Shown one piece after another: positions 1-10,100 of a stretch of DNA of 24,000 nucleotides. The stretch comes from Rouxiella sp. Mn2063 (GTDB taxonomy: Bacteria > Pseudomonadota > Gammaproteobacteria > Enterobacterales > Enterobacteriaceae). Location of the stretch: the NCBI RefSeq assembly GCF_049319665.1, contig NZ_JBMOUD010000021.1, forward strand, positions 22,176 through 46,175, written 5' to 3'. Within the stretch, counting starts at the first letter, position 1. Each line of letters starts with the position of its first letter. Made by a program: the position numbers and the translations under genes. The notes below the pieces were generated by a model. The model saw nothing but the letters and a program-made list of their open reading frames with translations. It made no database searches and was not told the DNA's origin.

Positions 1-224
1 CTGAAAAATTTCTGTCATCTAACAGATGTTATAAACGGTTGTCCGCAACGCTTGCTCATTATAGACAGCCCAGCAGCCGACATCTGAGCGCTACACAAGA
101 TTCCCGGGCCGGTTAACGCCATCACCCTGAAAAATATTGTTGTAGCTTGCAGATAAGTGGAGCCTTTGCTCCATGTGTTCTCCTGACCCGTTTCGCGGAG
201 TCTGACAACGTGATTCACAATTAT

Positions 225-368
225 ATGAAAGAGCCATCCTCATTGAGCGATGTGTTACGGGATTTTCTTGTACCTTCGTTTAGCCAGTTTGGGTTGTTCT
301 GGTCTATTGTTACTGTGCTAGTGGCTGGCCATGTTGTCAGTGTAAAAAAAGGGCTTAATTATGTCTGA
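225..368 (+). CDS. Small 47-aa protein directly upstream of and overlapping the speA start (possibly YqgB-like)
   Basis: ATG at 225 is in frame with the 147..368 track ORF. The stop TGA 366-368 overlaps the speA ATG (361). The C-terminal half is hydrophobic ([17 protein letters not shown]). E. coli has a small gene (yqgB) at this position, but similarity to my recollection of YqgB is weak (SQF motif only). No clear Shine-Dalgarno. Confidence 0.35.
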   Translation: MKEPSSLSDVLRDFLVPSFSQFGLFWSIVTVLVAGHVVSVKKGLNYV

Positions 369-2340
369 TGACATGCACTCCCACCGTCCGTCACATGCGG
401 GCGAATCTGTTTCTCTACGCTCCATGCAGGAGGTTGCCGTGAATGACCGTGATGCTAGCAAAATGCTGCGCACCTACAATGTTGCTTATTGGGGCAACAA
501 CTATTATGACGTTAACGAGTTAGGTCATATCAGCGTCTGCCCAGACCCTGATGAGCCTGCTGCGCGTGTTGATTTGGCTAAGTTGGTCAAAGAGATGCAA
601 GAGCAGGATGGTCAACGTCTGCCGGCGCTTTTTTGTTTTCCACAAATTCTTCAACACCGTCTGCGCTCGATTAACGCCGCGTTTAAACGTGCGCGTGACT
701 CTTTTGGCTACGAGGGTGATTATTTCCTGGTATACCCAATCAAGGTTAACCAGCACCGCCGCGTGATTGAATCACTGGTGGAATCAGGCGAGCCATTAGG
801 ACTGGAAGCTGGCTCGAAAGCTGAGCTAATGGCGGTACTGGCCCATGCTGGCATGACCCGTTCGGTGATCGTCTGTAACGGCTATAAAGACCGTGAATAT
901 ATTCGTTTGGCGCTGATCGGTGAAAAGCTGGGCCACAAGGTCTATCTGGTTATCGAAAAGATGACCGAGATTAAGCTGGTACTCGAAGAAGCTGAACGTC
1001 TGAACGTGATCCCTCGTTTGGGTGTGCGTGCGCGTCTGTCCTCGCAAGGTTCTGGCAAATGGCAGTCTAGCGGTGGCGAAAAATCCAAATTTGGCCTGGC
1101 CGCTTCGCAAGTGCTGCAACTGGTTGAGATGCTGCGTTCCGCTGGACGCTTGGAAAGTCTGCAACTGCTGCACTTCCACTTAGGTTCACAGCTGGCGAAT
1201 ATCCGTGATATCTCCACCGGCGTACGTGAATCTGCGCGTTTCTATGTTGAGTTGCATAAGCTGGGCGTGAATATTCAGTGCTTTGACGTCGGCGGCGGTT
1301 TGGGTGTCGATTATGAAGGCACGCGTTCCCAATCTGATTGCTCGGTTAACTATGGCCTGAACGAATATGCCAACAACGTTATCTGGGGCATCGGCGATGC
1401 GTGTAATGAGCATGGCTTGCCGCATCCAACGGTGATCACAGAATCAGGTCGTGCGGTGACCGCGCACCATACGGTGTTGGTCTCTAACGTTATCGGCGTT
1501 GAGCGTAATGAGTTCCGTGAACCCGTTGCGCCAGAAGATGACGCGCCGCGCGCACTTGGCAGCCTGTGGGACACCTGGAATGAAATGCATGACCCGGAAA
1601 ATCGCCGCTCATTACGCGAATGGCTGCACGACAGTCAGATGGATTTGCATGACGTTCACAGCCAATATGCACACGGGATTTTGGATTTGACTCAGCGCGC
1701 TTGGGCTGAAGATATCTATCTGAATATTTGCAACATGATTCAGGATCAACTGGATCCAAGTAATCGTGCGCACCGTCCGATTATCGACGAACTGCAAGAG
1801 CGTATGGCGGATAAACTGTACGTTAACTTCTCGCTGTTCCAGTCAATGCCGGATGCGTGGGGCATTGATCAACTGTTCCCGGTATTGCCACTCGAAGGGC
1901 TGGATAAACCGCCGGTTGGACGCGCTGTACTGCTGGATATTACCTGTGATTCTGATGGTACTATCGATCATTACATCGATGGTGATGGCGTGGCGACCAC
2001 CATGCCAATGCCGCCATATGATCCGGAAAATCCTCCGTTGTTGGGCTTCTTCATGGTTGGGGCATATCAGGAAATTCTGGGGAATATGCACAACTTGTTC
2101 GGTGATACCTCTGCGGTTGATGTTTTCGTCTTCCCTGACGGCACCGTTGAAGTACAGCAATCTGACGAGGGTGATACCGTGGCAGATATGCTCGAATACG
2201 TGCAGTTGGATCCAAATGTCCTGCTGAGCCGTTTCCGTGATCAGGTAAAACAGACTGACTTGGATGCTGAACTGCAAGCGCAGTTTGTGGAAGAGTTTGA
2301 ATCTGGTCTATATGGCTACACTTATTTAGAAGACGAGTAA
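361..2340 (+). CDS. speA: Biosynthetic arginine decarboxylase
   Basis: 659-aa ORF collinear over its full length with E. coli SpeA as recalled. Shared segments: MSDDM start, [52 protein letters not shown]-terminal [11 protein letters not shown]. Confidence 0.98.
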   Translation: MSDDMHSHRPSHAGESVSLRSMQEVAVNDRDASKMLRTYNVAYWGNNYYDVNELGHISVCPDPDEPAARVDLAKLVKEMQEQDGQRLPALFCFPQILQHRLRSINAAFKRARDSFGYEGDYFLVYPIKVNQHRRVIESLVESGEPLGLEAGSKAELMAVLAHAGMTRSVIVCNGYKDREYIRLALIGEKLGHKVYLVIEKMTEIKLVLEEAERLNVIPRLGVRARLSSQGSGKWQSSGGEKSKFGLAASQVLQLVEMLRSAGRLESLQLLHFHLGSQLANIRDISTGVRESARFYVELHKLGVNIQCFDVGGGLGVDYEGTRSQSDCSVNYGLNEYANNVIWGIGDACNEHGLPHPTVITESGRAVTAHHTVLVSNVIGVERNEFREPVAPEDDAPRALGSLWDTWNEMHDPENRRSLREWLHDSQMDLHDVHSQYAHGILDLTQRAWAEDIYLNICNMIQDQLDPSNRAHRPIIDELQERMADKLYVNFSLFQSMPDAWGIDQLFPVLPLEGLDKPPVGRAVLLDITCDSDGTIDHYIDGDGVATTMPMPPYDPENPPLLGFFMVGAYQEILGNMHNLFGDTSAVDVFVFPDGTVEVQQSDEGDTVADMLEYVQLDPNVLLSRFRDQVKQTDLDAELQAQFVEEFESGLYGYTYLEDE

Positions 2341-2370
2341 GTCTTACTGAATATCGGTAAGCGTATTGAA

Positions 2371-2396
2371 AATGTGGGGGAATCATCCCCCACATT
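2371..2396. terminator. Hairpin between convergent speA and the autotransporter gene (probable bidirectional terminator)
   Basis: AATGTGGGGGA (2371-2381), loop ATCA, TCCCCCACATT (2386-2396): an 11-bp perfect stem. A-run on the 5' side (GAAAA), giving TTTTC on the minus strand. No T-run on the plus-strand side, so it is better suited to the minus-strand transcript. Confidence 0.6.
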
Positions 2397-2433
2397 ACTA
2401 TGGCGAGAAAAGCTGCTCAAAAGCTGCTGCGAC

Positions 2434-5400
2434 TTAGAAACTGTAACGATAACCGGCGTTAAATTGCCGCTGGTCGAATTTGCCACCGCTGGTGCTATCT
2501 AAATCGACATATAAACTGTGCTGTTTTTTAATTTCGGTGCTAATACCGATAGCGTTATTCCAACCGCCGCCCTTGTTTGAATACTGCTCACTCGAGCCGT
2601 TGAGCCGATAATCTATTTTCCCAGAGAACTCTCGAATATAGCCACTCTTCAGATAAATATTGGTCGGCATGCTGCCGTCACTAATATTGTAACCGGCCAC
2701 TAGACTGGCGCGTCCGAGCGTAGAGTTGTAAGAATCAATATTGATTTTTAGGTTATTCGAGGCGTGAATAGACTCGCTACTTTGATAGCTTAGGCTCAGC
2801 TGTGCCTGGGGTTCCAGGTAGAATCCTGTTGGTTTCTCATTGAAATAAAAACGCTTTCCAGACTCGACGGAGGCGGCAAATCCGTTGACCGAGTCTTTTC
2901 CTCTGACCAATTGATCGGCAGTGTCGAGTACGCTGAATCTATTTCTCATGTTGGAGTATTTTAAGACGGTATCGACATAAAAACCCGTTGGTGTGAGGTA
3001 AGTACTGTATAGGCCAACGCTGGTGCTCTTGAGTGAGCCATCGCCATCTTGATAGGCTTGACTGGAGTTTCCCAATCCCATAAATGTACCTAAGTACATT
3101 ACGCCATCCTGAAGAGTGAGTTTTTTATCCGCACCGAATTGGAAGCCATGATAGTTCATGGTAAAGCCGCTAAGCTTGCCATTGGAGAAATTGTCAAAGC
3201 GACCGACGAAGCCTCTTCCCCAAAGTCCGATGGATTTATCATTGCCTCGTAATTCCCCCATACGTTGCATCAATGTCTGCGTTTCGGCGTAATTCATCAG
3301 ATAAGTGGTATTGGCAAAGCTGGCCGCGGCTTTTGCCGTTGAGGTGAGCGCACCATGTCCGGCAGGCGGCTTTGATGGGGTAGAGGGCTGCTCTGGTGTG
3401 CCCGGTTCAACGGGGTCTTCTGTGGTGGGTTTCTCCCCTAGCGAATAAAGCTCCCAATTATTGGGATTAGCTGCCTGACGTAAACCATAAAGGTAGCCAC
3501 CTTGTTCAACCTCATGAGACAGCGCAAAGCTACCGCCAGATTCCGCTGTTTTAACCATCGTGAGTTGTTCACTACCGTTAGTCTGTTGCCCTCCATCATT
3601 TTTAATATCCAGACGGAATTGTCCATCAGTACTGTGTTGTGTGACTAATAGATCACCCTGCTGCTCTGCCATGGCGGCTCGCATGGCAAATTCGCCATTG
3701 CCTTGCAGGCTATTTTTAACCGTTAGCGTGTTATAGCCACTGTTGTTTTGCGACATATCGAGAATGCCATTCATGTTCAGCGTATTGGTATCGCTATCGC
3801 TGGTTAATACCCATTGGCTATCTGGGCTAATCTCGATATCGTTGGTATTGTGCGCACCGCCACTCCAGATAGATTTATTGCTTAAGGACAGATTTATTTG
3901 GTTATTATCGGTAGCAGTAATATCACCTTCCAGCGTTGATTGGTCAGCGGCGGTAATGTTGACGAGGCTATCGCTATTTGAGGCGCTGTCGACGGTTGCT
4001 AATACATTATTGCCGCCGCGAAGCGTTGAGCCATTTTTAAGATTCACATTCAACTTAGCGCCGGCAGCGTTAATGCCAGGGCCTGATGTCGGTAGCAAAG
4101 TACTATTATCGAGTGTGATAGTGGTCTCTTTTGTGGCGGTACCTTGAGCATATATGCCGCCGCCACCTTCACCTGTCATGCTCAGAGTACTATTGAGAAT
4201 ATTGGTCGTACTGCCGCCAAGCGCGTAAACACCGTAGGCATTTTTCCCTGACGATTCTGCACTAATGCCGTCAGCATTAATGGTCGAACTGCCAAAGTTG
4301 AGCAGCATATGCCCAAGGTTGCCGGTTGTTTTAATCGTCGAATTCTTAACGTTAATTATCCCGCCTCTGGCGGCGGTAATTGCGGCGCTGCTGCTACCGT
4401 TGGTTTCCACATTTGTATCATTGGCATTGAGGGCACCTTCAGAATAAAGTGCATAGGCATTATTGCCTTTAGTCAAAATCGAGCTGCCCTTTATATTCGT
4501 GGTTCCGTGGTTTTCTATGGCCGCTGACGCATTTCCCTCGGTGGTGATGGAGGTATTATTAGCCTCTAATGTCGCGGTATTATCAGCAATATATGCTCCG
4601 GTATCGTTGTCTCCTTTGAGAAGATAAGAGCCGCCATTGAGCGTAATTTTTGAGTAGTTATTAGCATCAATCATGGCGCCAGCGCGTGATTGCGAGGTTG
4701 CGTTAACGTTATTCAAGACCAGGTTCGCGTATTTGTCAGTACTGCCCATCGCAATAGCCACGGAACCTTGGGTCAGGTTGATGCTGCCATTATCTATCAA
4801 CGCGGAATCGGCGATATTTAAGGCATGGGTCGTAGAGCCATTAACGGTCAGATTTTTCATGGTGAGCGAGGTATTTGCATTGCTGCGAATAGCGGATAAA
4901 CCACCATTCATATTAATGGTCGTATCCTGTAAATCGGCGCTGCTCCCTGAGTTCAAATCGATGCCATCACTATAGGCATCCAGGCTAATATGGTTGTTTG
5001 CACCATTTAACGTTGTCCCCTGATCTTTTAGGTTAATACCGGGTAAACCGCCTCCCGCAATCGATATATTACTGTTGTTTAGCGTAACCTGAGAGCCGCC
5101 GCTAGCATCGATAGCAGACGAGCTATATTGCTTAGTACTTATCGTGGTTCCATTAATATCAAGGTGAGAGTGATTATTGATGCGAACCGCTGTACTGGAA
5201 CTTCCTGATGTCGCAATACTGCCACCAGTAATTTTCGCCGAGCCGTTGCTGAGCACGACGCCATTAGCTGCGCCACCCGAAGTATTGATGCTCGAGTCTG
5301 TCAGGTTAAGATTCCCGCCGTTATAAATATAGGCGCTGTAAGCCGCGCTACCACCGGTGGTAACTGATACTTCTCCATTACTTGTCAACGTGCTATTCGT

Positions 5401-5598
5401 GCCGCTGGCTGTCAGTGCGTGAGTCGCTTTTTTCGACGTACTATATTTGCCAGAAATCGGTAGGTTTGTGCCATCAGTCACCGAAGCCGTGATGTCGTTG
5501 GCGTGAGCATAAATTGGGGTTAATATTGAAAATAGGATATTAGCTAATATTTTTATTTTAAACTTTGAATGTTTAAATGTTGTATTGTTCATTAACAT
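2434..5598 (-). CDS. Type Va autotransporter, adhesin-like (AIDA-I/pertactin-type passenger plus C-terminal beta-barrel)
   Basis: 1054-aa ORF. Signal peptide (KILANILFSILTPIYAHA/ND). About 650 aa of G/N/S/T-rich ~20-residue beta-helix rungs. Autochaperone-like segment (LVTQHSTDGQFRLDIKNDGG...GGYLYGLRQ...WELYS). Pro-rich linker (PTTEDPVEPGTPEQPSTPSKPP). Barrel ends in NAGYRYSF with a terminal aromatic residue. No GDSGS (SPATE) or GDSL motif seen. Confidence 0.9.
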   Translation of the reverse strand: MLMNNTTFKHSKFKIKILANILFSILTPIYAHANDITASVTDGTNLPISGKYSTSKKATHALTASGTNSTLTSNGEVSVTTGGSAAYSAYIYNGGNLNLTDSSINTSGGAANGVVLSNGSAKITGGSIATSGSSSTAVRINNHSHLDINGTTISTKQYSSSAIDASGGSQVTLNNSNISIAGGGLPGINLKDQGTTLNGANNHISLDAYSDGIDLNSGSSADLQDTTINMNGGLSAIRSNANTSLTMKNLTVNGSTTHALNIADSALIDNGSINLTQGSVAIAMGSTDKYANLVLNNVNATSQSRAGAMIDANNYSKITLNGGSYLLKGDNDTGAYIADNTATLEANNTSITTEGNASAAIENHGTTNIKGSSILTKGNNAYALYSEGALNANDTNVETNGSSSAAITAARGGIINVKNSTIKTTGNLGHMLLNFGSSTINADGISAESSGKNAYGVYALGGSTTNILNSTLSMTGEGGGGIYAQGTATKETTITLDNSTLLPTSGPGINAAGAKLNVNLKNGSTLRGGNNVLATVDSASNSDSLVNITAADQSTLEGDITATDNNQINLSLSNKSIWSGGAHNTNDIEISPDSQWVLTSDSDTNTLNMNGILDMSQNNSGYNTLTVKNSLQGNGEFAMRAAMAEQQGDLLVTQHSTDGQFRLDIKNDGGQQTNGSEQLTMVKTAESGGSFALSHEVEQGGYLYGLRQAANPNNWELYSLGEKPTTEDPVEPGTPEQPSTPSKPPAGHGALTSTAKAAASFANTTYLMNYAETQTLMQRMGELRGNDKSIGLWGRGFVGRFDNFSNGKLSGFTMNYHGFQFGADKKLTLQDGVMYLGTFMGLGNSSQAYQDGDGSLKSTSVGLYSTYLTPTGFYVDTVLKYSNMRNRFSVLDTADQLVRGKDSVNGFAASVESGKRFYFNEKPTGFYLEPQAQLSLSYQSSESIHASNNLKINIDSYNSTLGRASLVAGYNISDGSMPTNIYLKSGYIREFSGKIDYRLNGSSEQYSNKGGGWNNAIGISTEIKKQHSLYVDLDSTSGGKFDQRQFNAGYRYSF

Positions 5599-6070
5599 GC
5601 GTCCATTCGTGGGGTGTGGATCAGTAAATTACGACGATAAAGCGAAGTGGTTATTTTAATGAGACTTAGTGTGTGTTGTTAATTTCAAGCTTGGCACTAT
5701 AGTGTCTATTATTATGTTTTTGTATCGTATATTTAACGATAAGTTCCACATCTGAGTGAAGTTGAAATAATCCGATTTCAACTTTTTGTTTTACTTGCTA
5801 TTTGTTTTGCATTTTTATTTGAATGATATTGCTAATTAGCTTTTCTATTTATTTGTTTTTTATGTTTATATTATGAGGTGCTGTGTTCTTGATTTTTTGC
5901 ATGATGGGTTTTAACTATATTGATATTGGTCCTTTTAGCCTGTTTTGTGGTACGAATTTTTTCGTGGTGGTGTTAAATATTTTTTTGTAAACATGATTGT
6001 TCTTGTTAATAGTTGTATCAGTACAATGTTCACTTTAATTTTCCCGCTATTGATTTTATTTTTTCAGGGC
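5599..6070 (-). promoter_or_regulatory. Very AT-rich upstream/promoter region of the autotransporter gene (candidate H-NS-type silenced region)
   Basis: By hand count, sampled lines are ~23-30% G+C against ~50% in flanking genes. There are many T/A runs and no ORF of convincing length. The exact promoter was not identified. Confidence 0.5.
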
Positions 6071-6099
6071 TTGCCGCATTAAAAAAATGCGGTGATAAT
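6071..6099 (+). promoter_or_regulatory. Putative sigma70 promoter facing speB
   Basis: TTGCCG (6071-6076), exactly 17 nt, then GATAAT (6094-6099). The predicted start is near 6106-6108. It is the only good -35/-10 pair I found between the autotransporter gene and speB. Confidence 0.35.
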
Positions 6100-6153
6100 C
6101 CGTCCTTATAGACCATCGGCCGGTAGATACGCTGATAGTCACTGAATTCAAGC

Positions 6154-6197
6154 AATCCCTTTCGTGTCGGGTCAACGACGTGAAAGGGATTTTTTTT
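6154..6197 (+). terminator. Intrinsic terminator/attenuator 60 nt upstream of the speB start
   Basis: AATCCCTTTC (6154-6163) pairs with GAAAGGGATT (6182-6191). An inner GTCG/CGAC pairing extends the stem. A run of 8 T (6190-6197) follows. Confidence 0.7.
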
Positions 6198-6258
6198 CAC
6201 CTTAAATACTTAAATTTGCAGGATTGCTACCTGCCTGGAACGCTAAAAAGGATTTGTA

Positions 6259-7185
6259 ATGAGTACATTAGATCATCAAGCCGATCACTCTCTGGTTTCC
6301 AACGCGTTTGGATTTCTGCGTTTTCCACTGAATTTTCAGCCTTATGAAGCTGACGCCGATTGGGTGATTACCGGCATTCCTTTCGATATGGCAACATCGG
6401 GGCGCTCCGGGGCACGTTTAGGCCCGGCGGCAATTCGTCAGGTATCAGTGAATCTGGCGTGGGAAGGTCAACGCTGGCCGTGGGATTTTAACCTGCGTGA
6501 GCGTCTGAAAGTGATCGACTGTGGCGACGTGGTATTCAACTTTGGTGACGCGCAGGATCTGACCGACAAAGTACAAAAACATGCGGAAAAAGTGTTGGCC
6601 TCTGGCAAACGTATGCTGTCTTTTGGTGGCGATCATTTTGTCACCTTACCGCTGTTGCGTGCTCATGCTCGCCACTTTGGCAAAATGGCGCTGGTTCACT
6701 TTGATGCGCATACCGATACGTATTCGAACGGTAGTAAATTTGATCACGGGACCATGTTCTATCATGCGCCAAATGAAGGGCTAATCGATGCCAATCACTC
6801 GGTACAGATTGGTATTCGTACCGAGTTTGATAAGGATCTAGGTTTCACGGTGTTGGATGCGGCGCAGATTAACGATCGCAGCGTCGATGATATTTTGGCT
6901 CAGGTGAAACAAATCGTCGGCGGGCTGCCGGTTTATCTGAGTTTTGATATCGACTGTCTGGACCCGTCGCATGCACCGGGCACCGGTACGCCAGTCATCG
7001 GCGGTTTAACGACAGATCGCGCACTGAAACTGGTGCGTGGCCTGAAAGATTTGGATCTGGATATTGTCGGGATGGATATCGTCGAGGTGGCACCAGCGTA
7101 TGACCAGTCAGAAATCACGGCATTGGCGGCAGCCACGCTAGCGCTGGAAATGCTGCATGTGCAGGCAGCTAAAAAAGCCAAATAA
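6259..7185 (+). CDS. speB: Agmatinase
   Basis: 308 aa collinear with E. coli SpeB as recalled ([17 protein letters not shown]). Ureohydrolase Mn-ligand motifs are present: [27 protein letters not shown]. Confidence 0.98.
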   Translation: MSTLDHQADHSLVSNAFGFLRFPLNFQPYEADADWVITGIPFDMATSGRSGARLGPAAIRQVSVNLAWEGQRWPWDFNLRERLKVIDCGDVVFNFGDAQDLTDKVQKHAEKVLASGKRMLSFGGDHFVTLPLLRAHARHFGKMALVHFDAHTDTYSNGSKFDHGTMFYHAPNEGLIDANHSVQIGIRTEFDKDLGFTVLDAAQINDRSVDDILAQVKQIVGGLPVYLSFDIDCLDPSHAPGTGTPVIGGLTTDRALKLVRGLKDLDLDIVGMDIVEVAPAYDQSEITALAAATLALEMLHVQAAKKAK

Positions 7186-7208
7186 TCTCCGAATCGATAA
7201 GATAACAA

Positions 7209-7240
7209 GCCCGGTGTGTTATAGCAGGCCGGGTTTTTTT
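7209..7240 (+). terminator. Probable speB terminator
   Basis: GCCCGG (7209-7214) and CCGGGT (7229-7234) form a short GC stem with a ~13-nt loop. T7 (7234-7240) follows. The stem is weak. Confidence 0.5.
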
Positions 7241-7540
7241 ACGTCGATTTTCTCATCGTAATAGCCTTTACTTATGACCGCATGCTGAGAATTTGTCTTC
7301 TGTAACCTATTAAAAATAAGCTTCTTTTCTATCGACGGCTTTCGCCCCGCAGGCTGTCAGCGAGGCTATGACTCCTACAAGCTGTAAAATAATGTTTGTG
7401 ATCCCGTCCACACGATAAGTTTTTCATCTTTGATTTATACCTTCAAATAATTGAATATTTAAATCATCAAATTAATGAAGATTTTTGGTTATACTCTTGG
7501 TTCATTTTTGCATGTCTTATGCGCCGGGAAAACAACCACT

Positions 7541-8440
7541 ATGAGCAGAACTTTCATCAAAAAAGAAGGGATAGCACTCGTCAGCCTTGCCAGATATTTA
7601 CTGGTCATGAAAGAAGGTGAACGTTTACGCACTATTGATGAAATGTCGGCAGAATTCTTGCTTTCTGTCGGCGTGGTACAGAATGCCATGAAAACGCTGG
7701 AAGCCAATGAATCAATAAAATTGGAACGGCGTGGGCGTAACGGTACCGTACTTACCCAATTAGATATGGCCAAATTACTACAACAAGCCGATCTGGGGAA
7801 CTTGGTATGTGCCATGCCGCTGCCTTATACCAAACTCTATGAAGGGTTGGCGAGCGGGCTAAAAGCACAATTTATTACTGTACCGCTCTACTTTGCACAT
7901 ATGCGTGGAGCCGAAGTACGCATTAATTGTTTGATCGAAGGTATTTACGATATGGCGGTGGTTTCCCGTTTGGCTGCGGAGAGTTATCTACAGCAGGGAA
8001 ATGTCGCCATAGCGCTGGCACTAGGGAAATGTTCTTACGTTGACGGCCACCAGTTAATTTGCCGACAGGGCGAAGCTGAGCAAATAAAAAGAGTAGGGTT
8101 CGATCCAGCCTCACCGGATCAGCGACTACTCAATGAGGTCGTCTTCGCTGGACAACAAGTTACATGGGTGGAAACACCTTATAGCGACTGCCTGCGGCAT
8201 ATCGAAACTCACCAGATCGATGCCGCAGTGTGGAACGTGGGGAGCGCAACGCCGAGTCCGCAGCTTGAAGCGCACCGGTTAAACGGCAATCCACGTTATC
8301 AACAGGCGTCGGAGGCGGTGATTTTAGTGCGCAAAGATAATGCGCCGATTCAACGCTTACTGACAACGTTGGTTGATACCGCCGCCTTGCTAGATCATCA
8401 GCAAGCGGTAGAACAGGGGGCAATTGAGCCCCGCTATTGA
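7541..8440 (+). CDS. yhfZ: YhfZ-like transcriptional regulator (GntR-type winged helix N-terminus plus ligand-binding-like C-terminal domain)
   Basis: The track ORF starts at 7475. The recalled E. coli YhfZ N-terminus (MSRTFIKKEG) and its ~300-aa length favour ATG 7541. wHTH pattern TIDEMSAEF..SVGVVQNAMKTLE....LERRGRNGT. A TATACT -10-like hexamer at 7490-7495 would also exclude the 7475 start. Confidence 0.8.
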   Translation: MSRTFIKKEGIALVSLARYLLVMKEGERLRTIDEMSAEFLLSVGVVQNAMKTLEANESIKLERRGRNGTVLTQLDMAKLLQQADLGNLVCAMPLPYTKLYEGLASGLKAQFITVPLYFAHMRGAEVRINCLIEGIYDMAVVSRLAAESYLQQGNVAIALALGKCSYVDGHQLICRQGEAEQIKRVGFDPASPDQRLLNEVVFAGQQVTWVETPYSDCLRHIETHQIDAAVWNVGSATPSPQLEAHRLNGNPRYQQASEAVILVRKDNAPIQRLLTTLVDTAALLDHQQAVEQGAIEPRY

Positions 8441-8459
8441 TTGGTATTAAAGGGGAATC

Positions 8460-8816
8460 ATGGAAACGCGACTGGCTATTCTGGCTGAGGCTGGTGTCAT
8501 TGATGAAGATATTCATCAAGCAATGAGAAAGGTCACTCTGCGTCTGGAAAAGCATTGGCAGTTGCCAGTGCGAACCGAGCAGGGCACCTTGGCCTTAACT
8601 CATCTGGCTAACGCGATTATGCGGGCGCGGCGTGGCGAGGTGATCCAAGGAATTGACGACGAATTGCGTCAAGAATTGGAATCACTGGAGACGTTTCCAA
8701 TGATTTTTTCTATTCATCAGGATGTGATGGCACATTTTCCATTGGCTGTACCTGAATATGAAGTGGGGTACTTACTGGTGAACCTTGCCGCGATGTATGA
8801 AGGAAAGGCGGTATGA
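8460..8816 (+). CDS. yhfY: YhfY-like small PRD-domain protein
   Basis: 118 aa, 19 nt after the yhfZ stop. Size and position match E. coli YhfY as recalled. The assignment rests mainly on synteny. Confidence 0.7.
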   Translation: METRLAILAEAGVIDEDIHQAMRKVTLRLEKHWQLPVRTEQGTLALTHLANAIMRARRGEVIQGIDDELRQELESLETFPMIFSIHQDVMAHFPLAVPEYEVGYLLVNLAAMYEGKAV

Positions 8817-8936
8817 AAAATGGACGGTATGAAGGACGAGCGGAGTGCCAGTCTCAATAATTCATTGTGCTTTATTTGCACCTAAATATTCAAAAAAATG
8901 ATGATTTAGATAGCCAGTCGAAAGGGAAACCGTCAT

Positions 8937-10100
8937 ATGTTCCTGAATGCGCTAGAACAACAAAACCCAGCTTTGATTGATGCTGCCGTTACCTTGTGGC
9001 GTAACGGCGAGATCAAACCCGACACCTGCGTGATCGACGTCGATCAGTTTTTGCAAAATGCCCGTGAACTGCTCAGTGAAGCGCAGCGTCACGGCATACA
9101 ACTTTATGCGATGAGCAAGCAGATTGGGCGCAACCCACGTTTGTGCCAAATGCTGCTCGACCTCGGTTATCACGGCATTGTGGCGGTAGATTTTAAAGAG
9201 GCTCGCCAGCTATTGCGCCATGGCGTCGCGGTGGCGCATATCGGCCACCTTGTGCAACCGCCGCAAAGTATGTTGGCCGAAATGTTGCAACATCGCCCAG
9301 AGGTCATCACCGTCTATTCGCTGGAAAAAGCGCGCAGTATTTCTGATGTTGCACAGCAACTCGGTATCGTGCAACCGCTGTTGTTGAAAGTCACTCGTGC
9401 TGGCGATGCCTTATACAGTGGGCAGGAAGGTGGCTTTGATCTTAGCGATCTGCCACAAGTCATTAGCCAACTGCGCGAACTACCTGGCATCCGCATTGCC
9501 GGTGTGACGCATTTCCCTTGTATGCAATACAACCCGCTGCGCCAAAGCACCTTACCTACCGCCAATATGGCCACGCTGCTGGCGGCACGAGATTTGCTAA
9601 TAGCACAAGGCATTGTGCCGACGCAGATTAATGCACCCAGCGCCTCGAGTTGCGAAACCTTACCGCAGCTGGCGGCGTTGGGAGTGACCCACGCTGAACC
9701 TGGGCATGCGCTGACCGGCACGACACCGGCAAATCAACATGGCGAAGGACGTGAGAAAATCGCCATGTTGTATCTCTCAGAAGTCTCTCATCAGTTTGCC
9801 GGACGTGCCTATTGCTTTGGTGGCGGCTATTACCGCCGCGGCAATCTGGAACATGCGCTGGTCATTGATGGTGCTCATCGCCAACGCGATAAGGTGATCG
9901 AACCAGACATCACCAGTATCGATTACTGCTTGCAACTCAGTGAGTCTCATCCGGTTGGTAGCGCGGTGGTGATGTGTTTTAGAACCCAGGTTTTTGTCAC
10001 CCGTAGCGATGTTGCGCTAGTGAGCGGGGTAGCGAGTGGTAAGCCGTTATTGATTGGGCTTTATGACAGCCTGGGCAATGAAGTGAAGGGGGAGGCGTGA
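8937..10100 (+). CDS. yhfX: YhfX-like fold-type III PLP enzyme (alanine racemase N-terminal domain family), substrate unknown
   Basis: 387 aa, the same length I recall for E. coli YhfX. Candidate PLP lysine in [11 protein letters not shown]. The stop overlaps the next start (TGATG), indicating translational coupling. Confidence 0.8.
   Translation: MFLNALEQQNPALIDAAVTLWRNGEIKPDTCVIDVDQFLQNARELLSEAQRHGIQLYAMSKQIGRNPRLCQMLLDLGYHGIVAVDFKEARQLLRHGVAVAHIGHLVQPPQSMLAEMLQHRPEVITVYSLEKARSISDVAQQLGIVQPLLLKVTRAGDALYSGQEGGFDLSDLPQVISQLRELPGIRIAGVTHFPCMQYNPLRQSTLPTANMATLLAARDLLIAQGIVPTQINAPSASSCETLPQLAALGVTHAEPGHALTGTTPANQHGEGREKIAMLYLSEVSHQFAGRAYCFGGGYYRRGNLEHALVIDGAHRQRDKVIEPDITSIDYCLQLSESHPVGSAVVMCFRTQVFVTRSDVALVSGVASGKPLLIGLYDSLGNEVKGEA

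Noticed and set aside
1-224. MetJ-box-like octamers (for example CGACATCT, AGACAGCC) in the region expected to face metK
   Set aside because: The matches are only 5-6 of 8 and are not arranged as tandem 8-bp repeats. metK itself is outside the window. The 67-aa minus ORF at 15-218 also has no support.
2408-2428. Tandem AAAAGCTGCT-C-AAAAGCTGCT just past the autotransporter stop codon
   Set aside because: It is a short two-copy repeat in a 3' UTR next to the terminator hairpin. No function can be argued from it.
5823-6082. Several 13-29-codon hydrophobic ORFs in the AT-rich region (for example MIVLVNSCISTMFTLIFPLLILFFQGLPH, 5993-6082), candidate type I toxins or small membrane proteins
   Set aside because: T-rich DNA yields Phe/Ile/Leu-rich frames by chance. 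None has a Shine-Dalgarno or an obvious antisense partner.
7060-7075. Extra Asp-Leu residues in SpeB ([12 protein letters not shown] versus E. coli LKDLNIVGMD as recalled)
   Set aside because: It is a small in-frame indel in a surface-loop-like region of an otherwise collinear orthologue. It is ordinary divergence, and it depends on my memory of the E. coli sequence.
7475-7540. 22-codon N-terminal extension of yhfZ
   Set aside because: The E. coli YhfZ N-terminus aligns to the Met at 7541. The extension overlaps a likely -10 element (TATACT 7490-7495).
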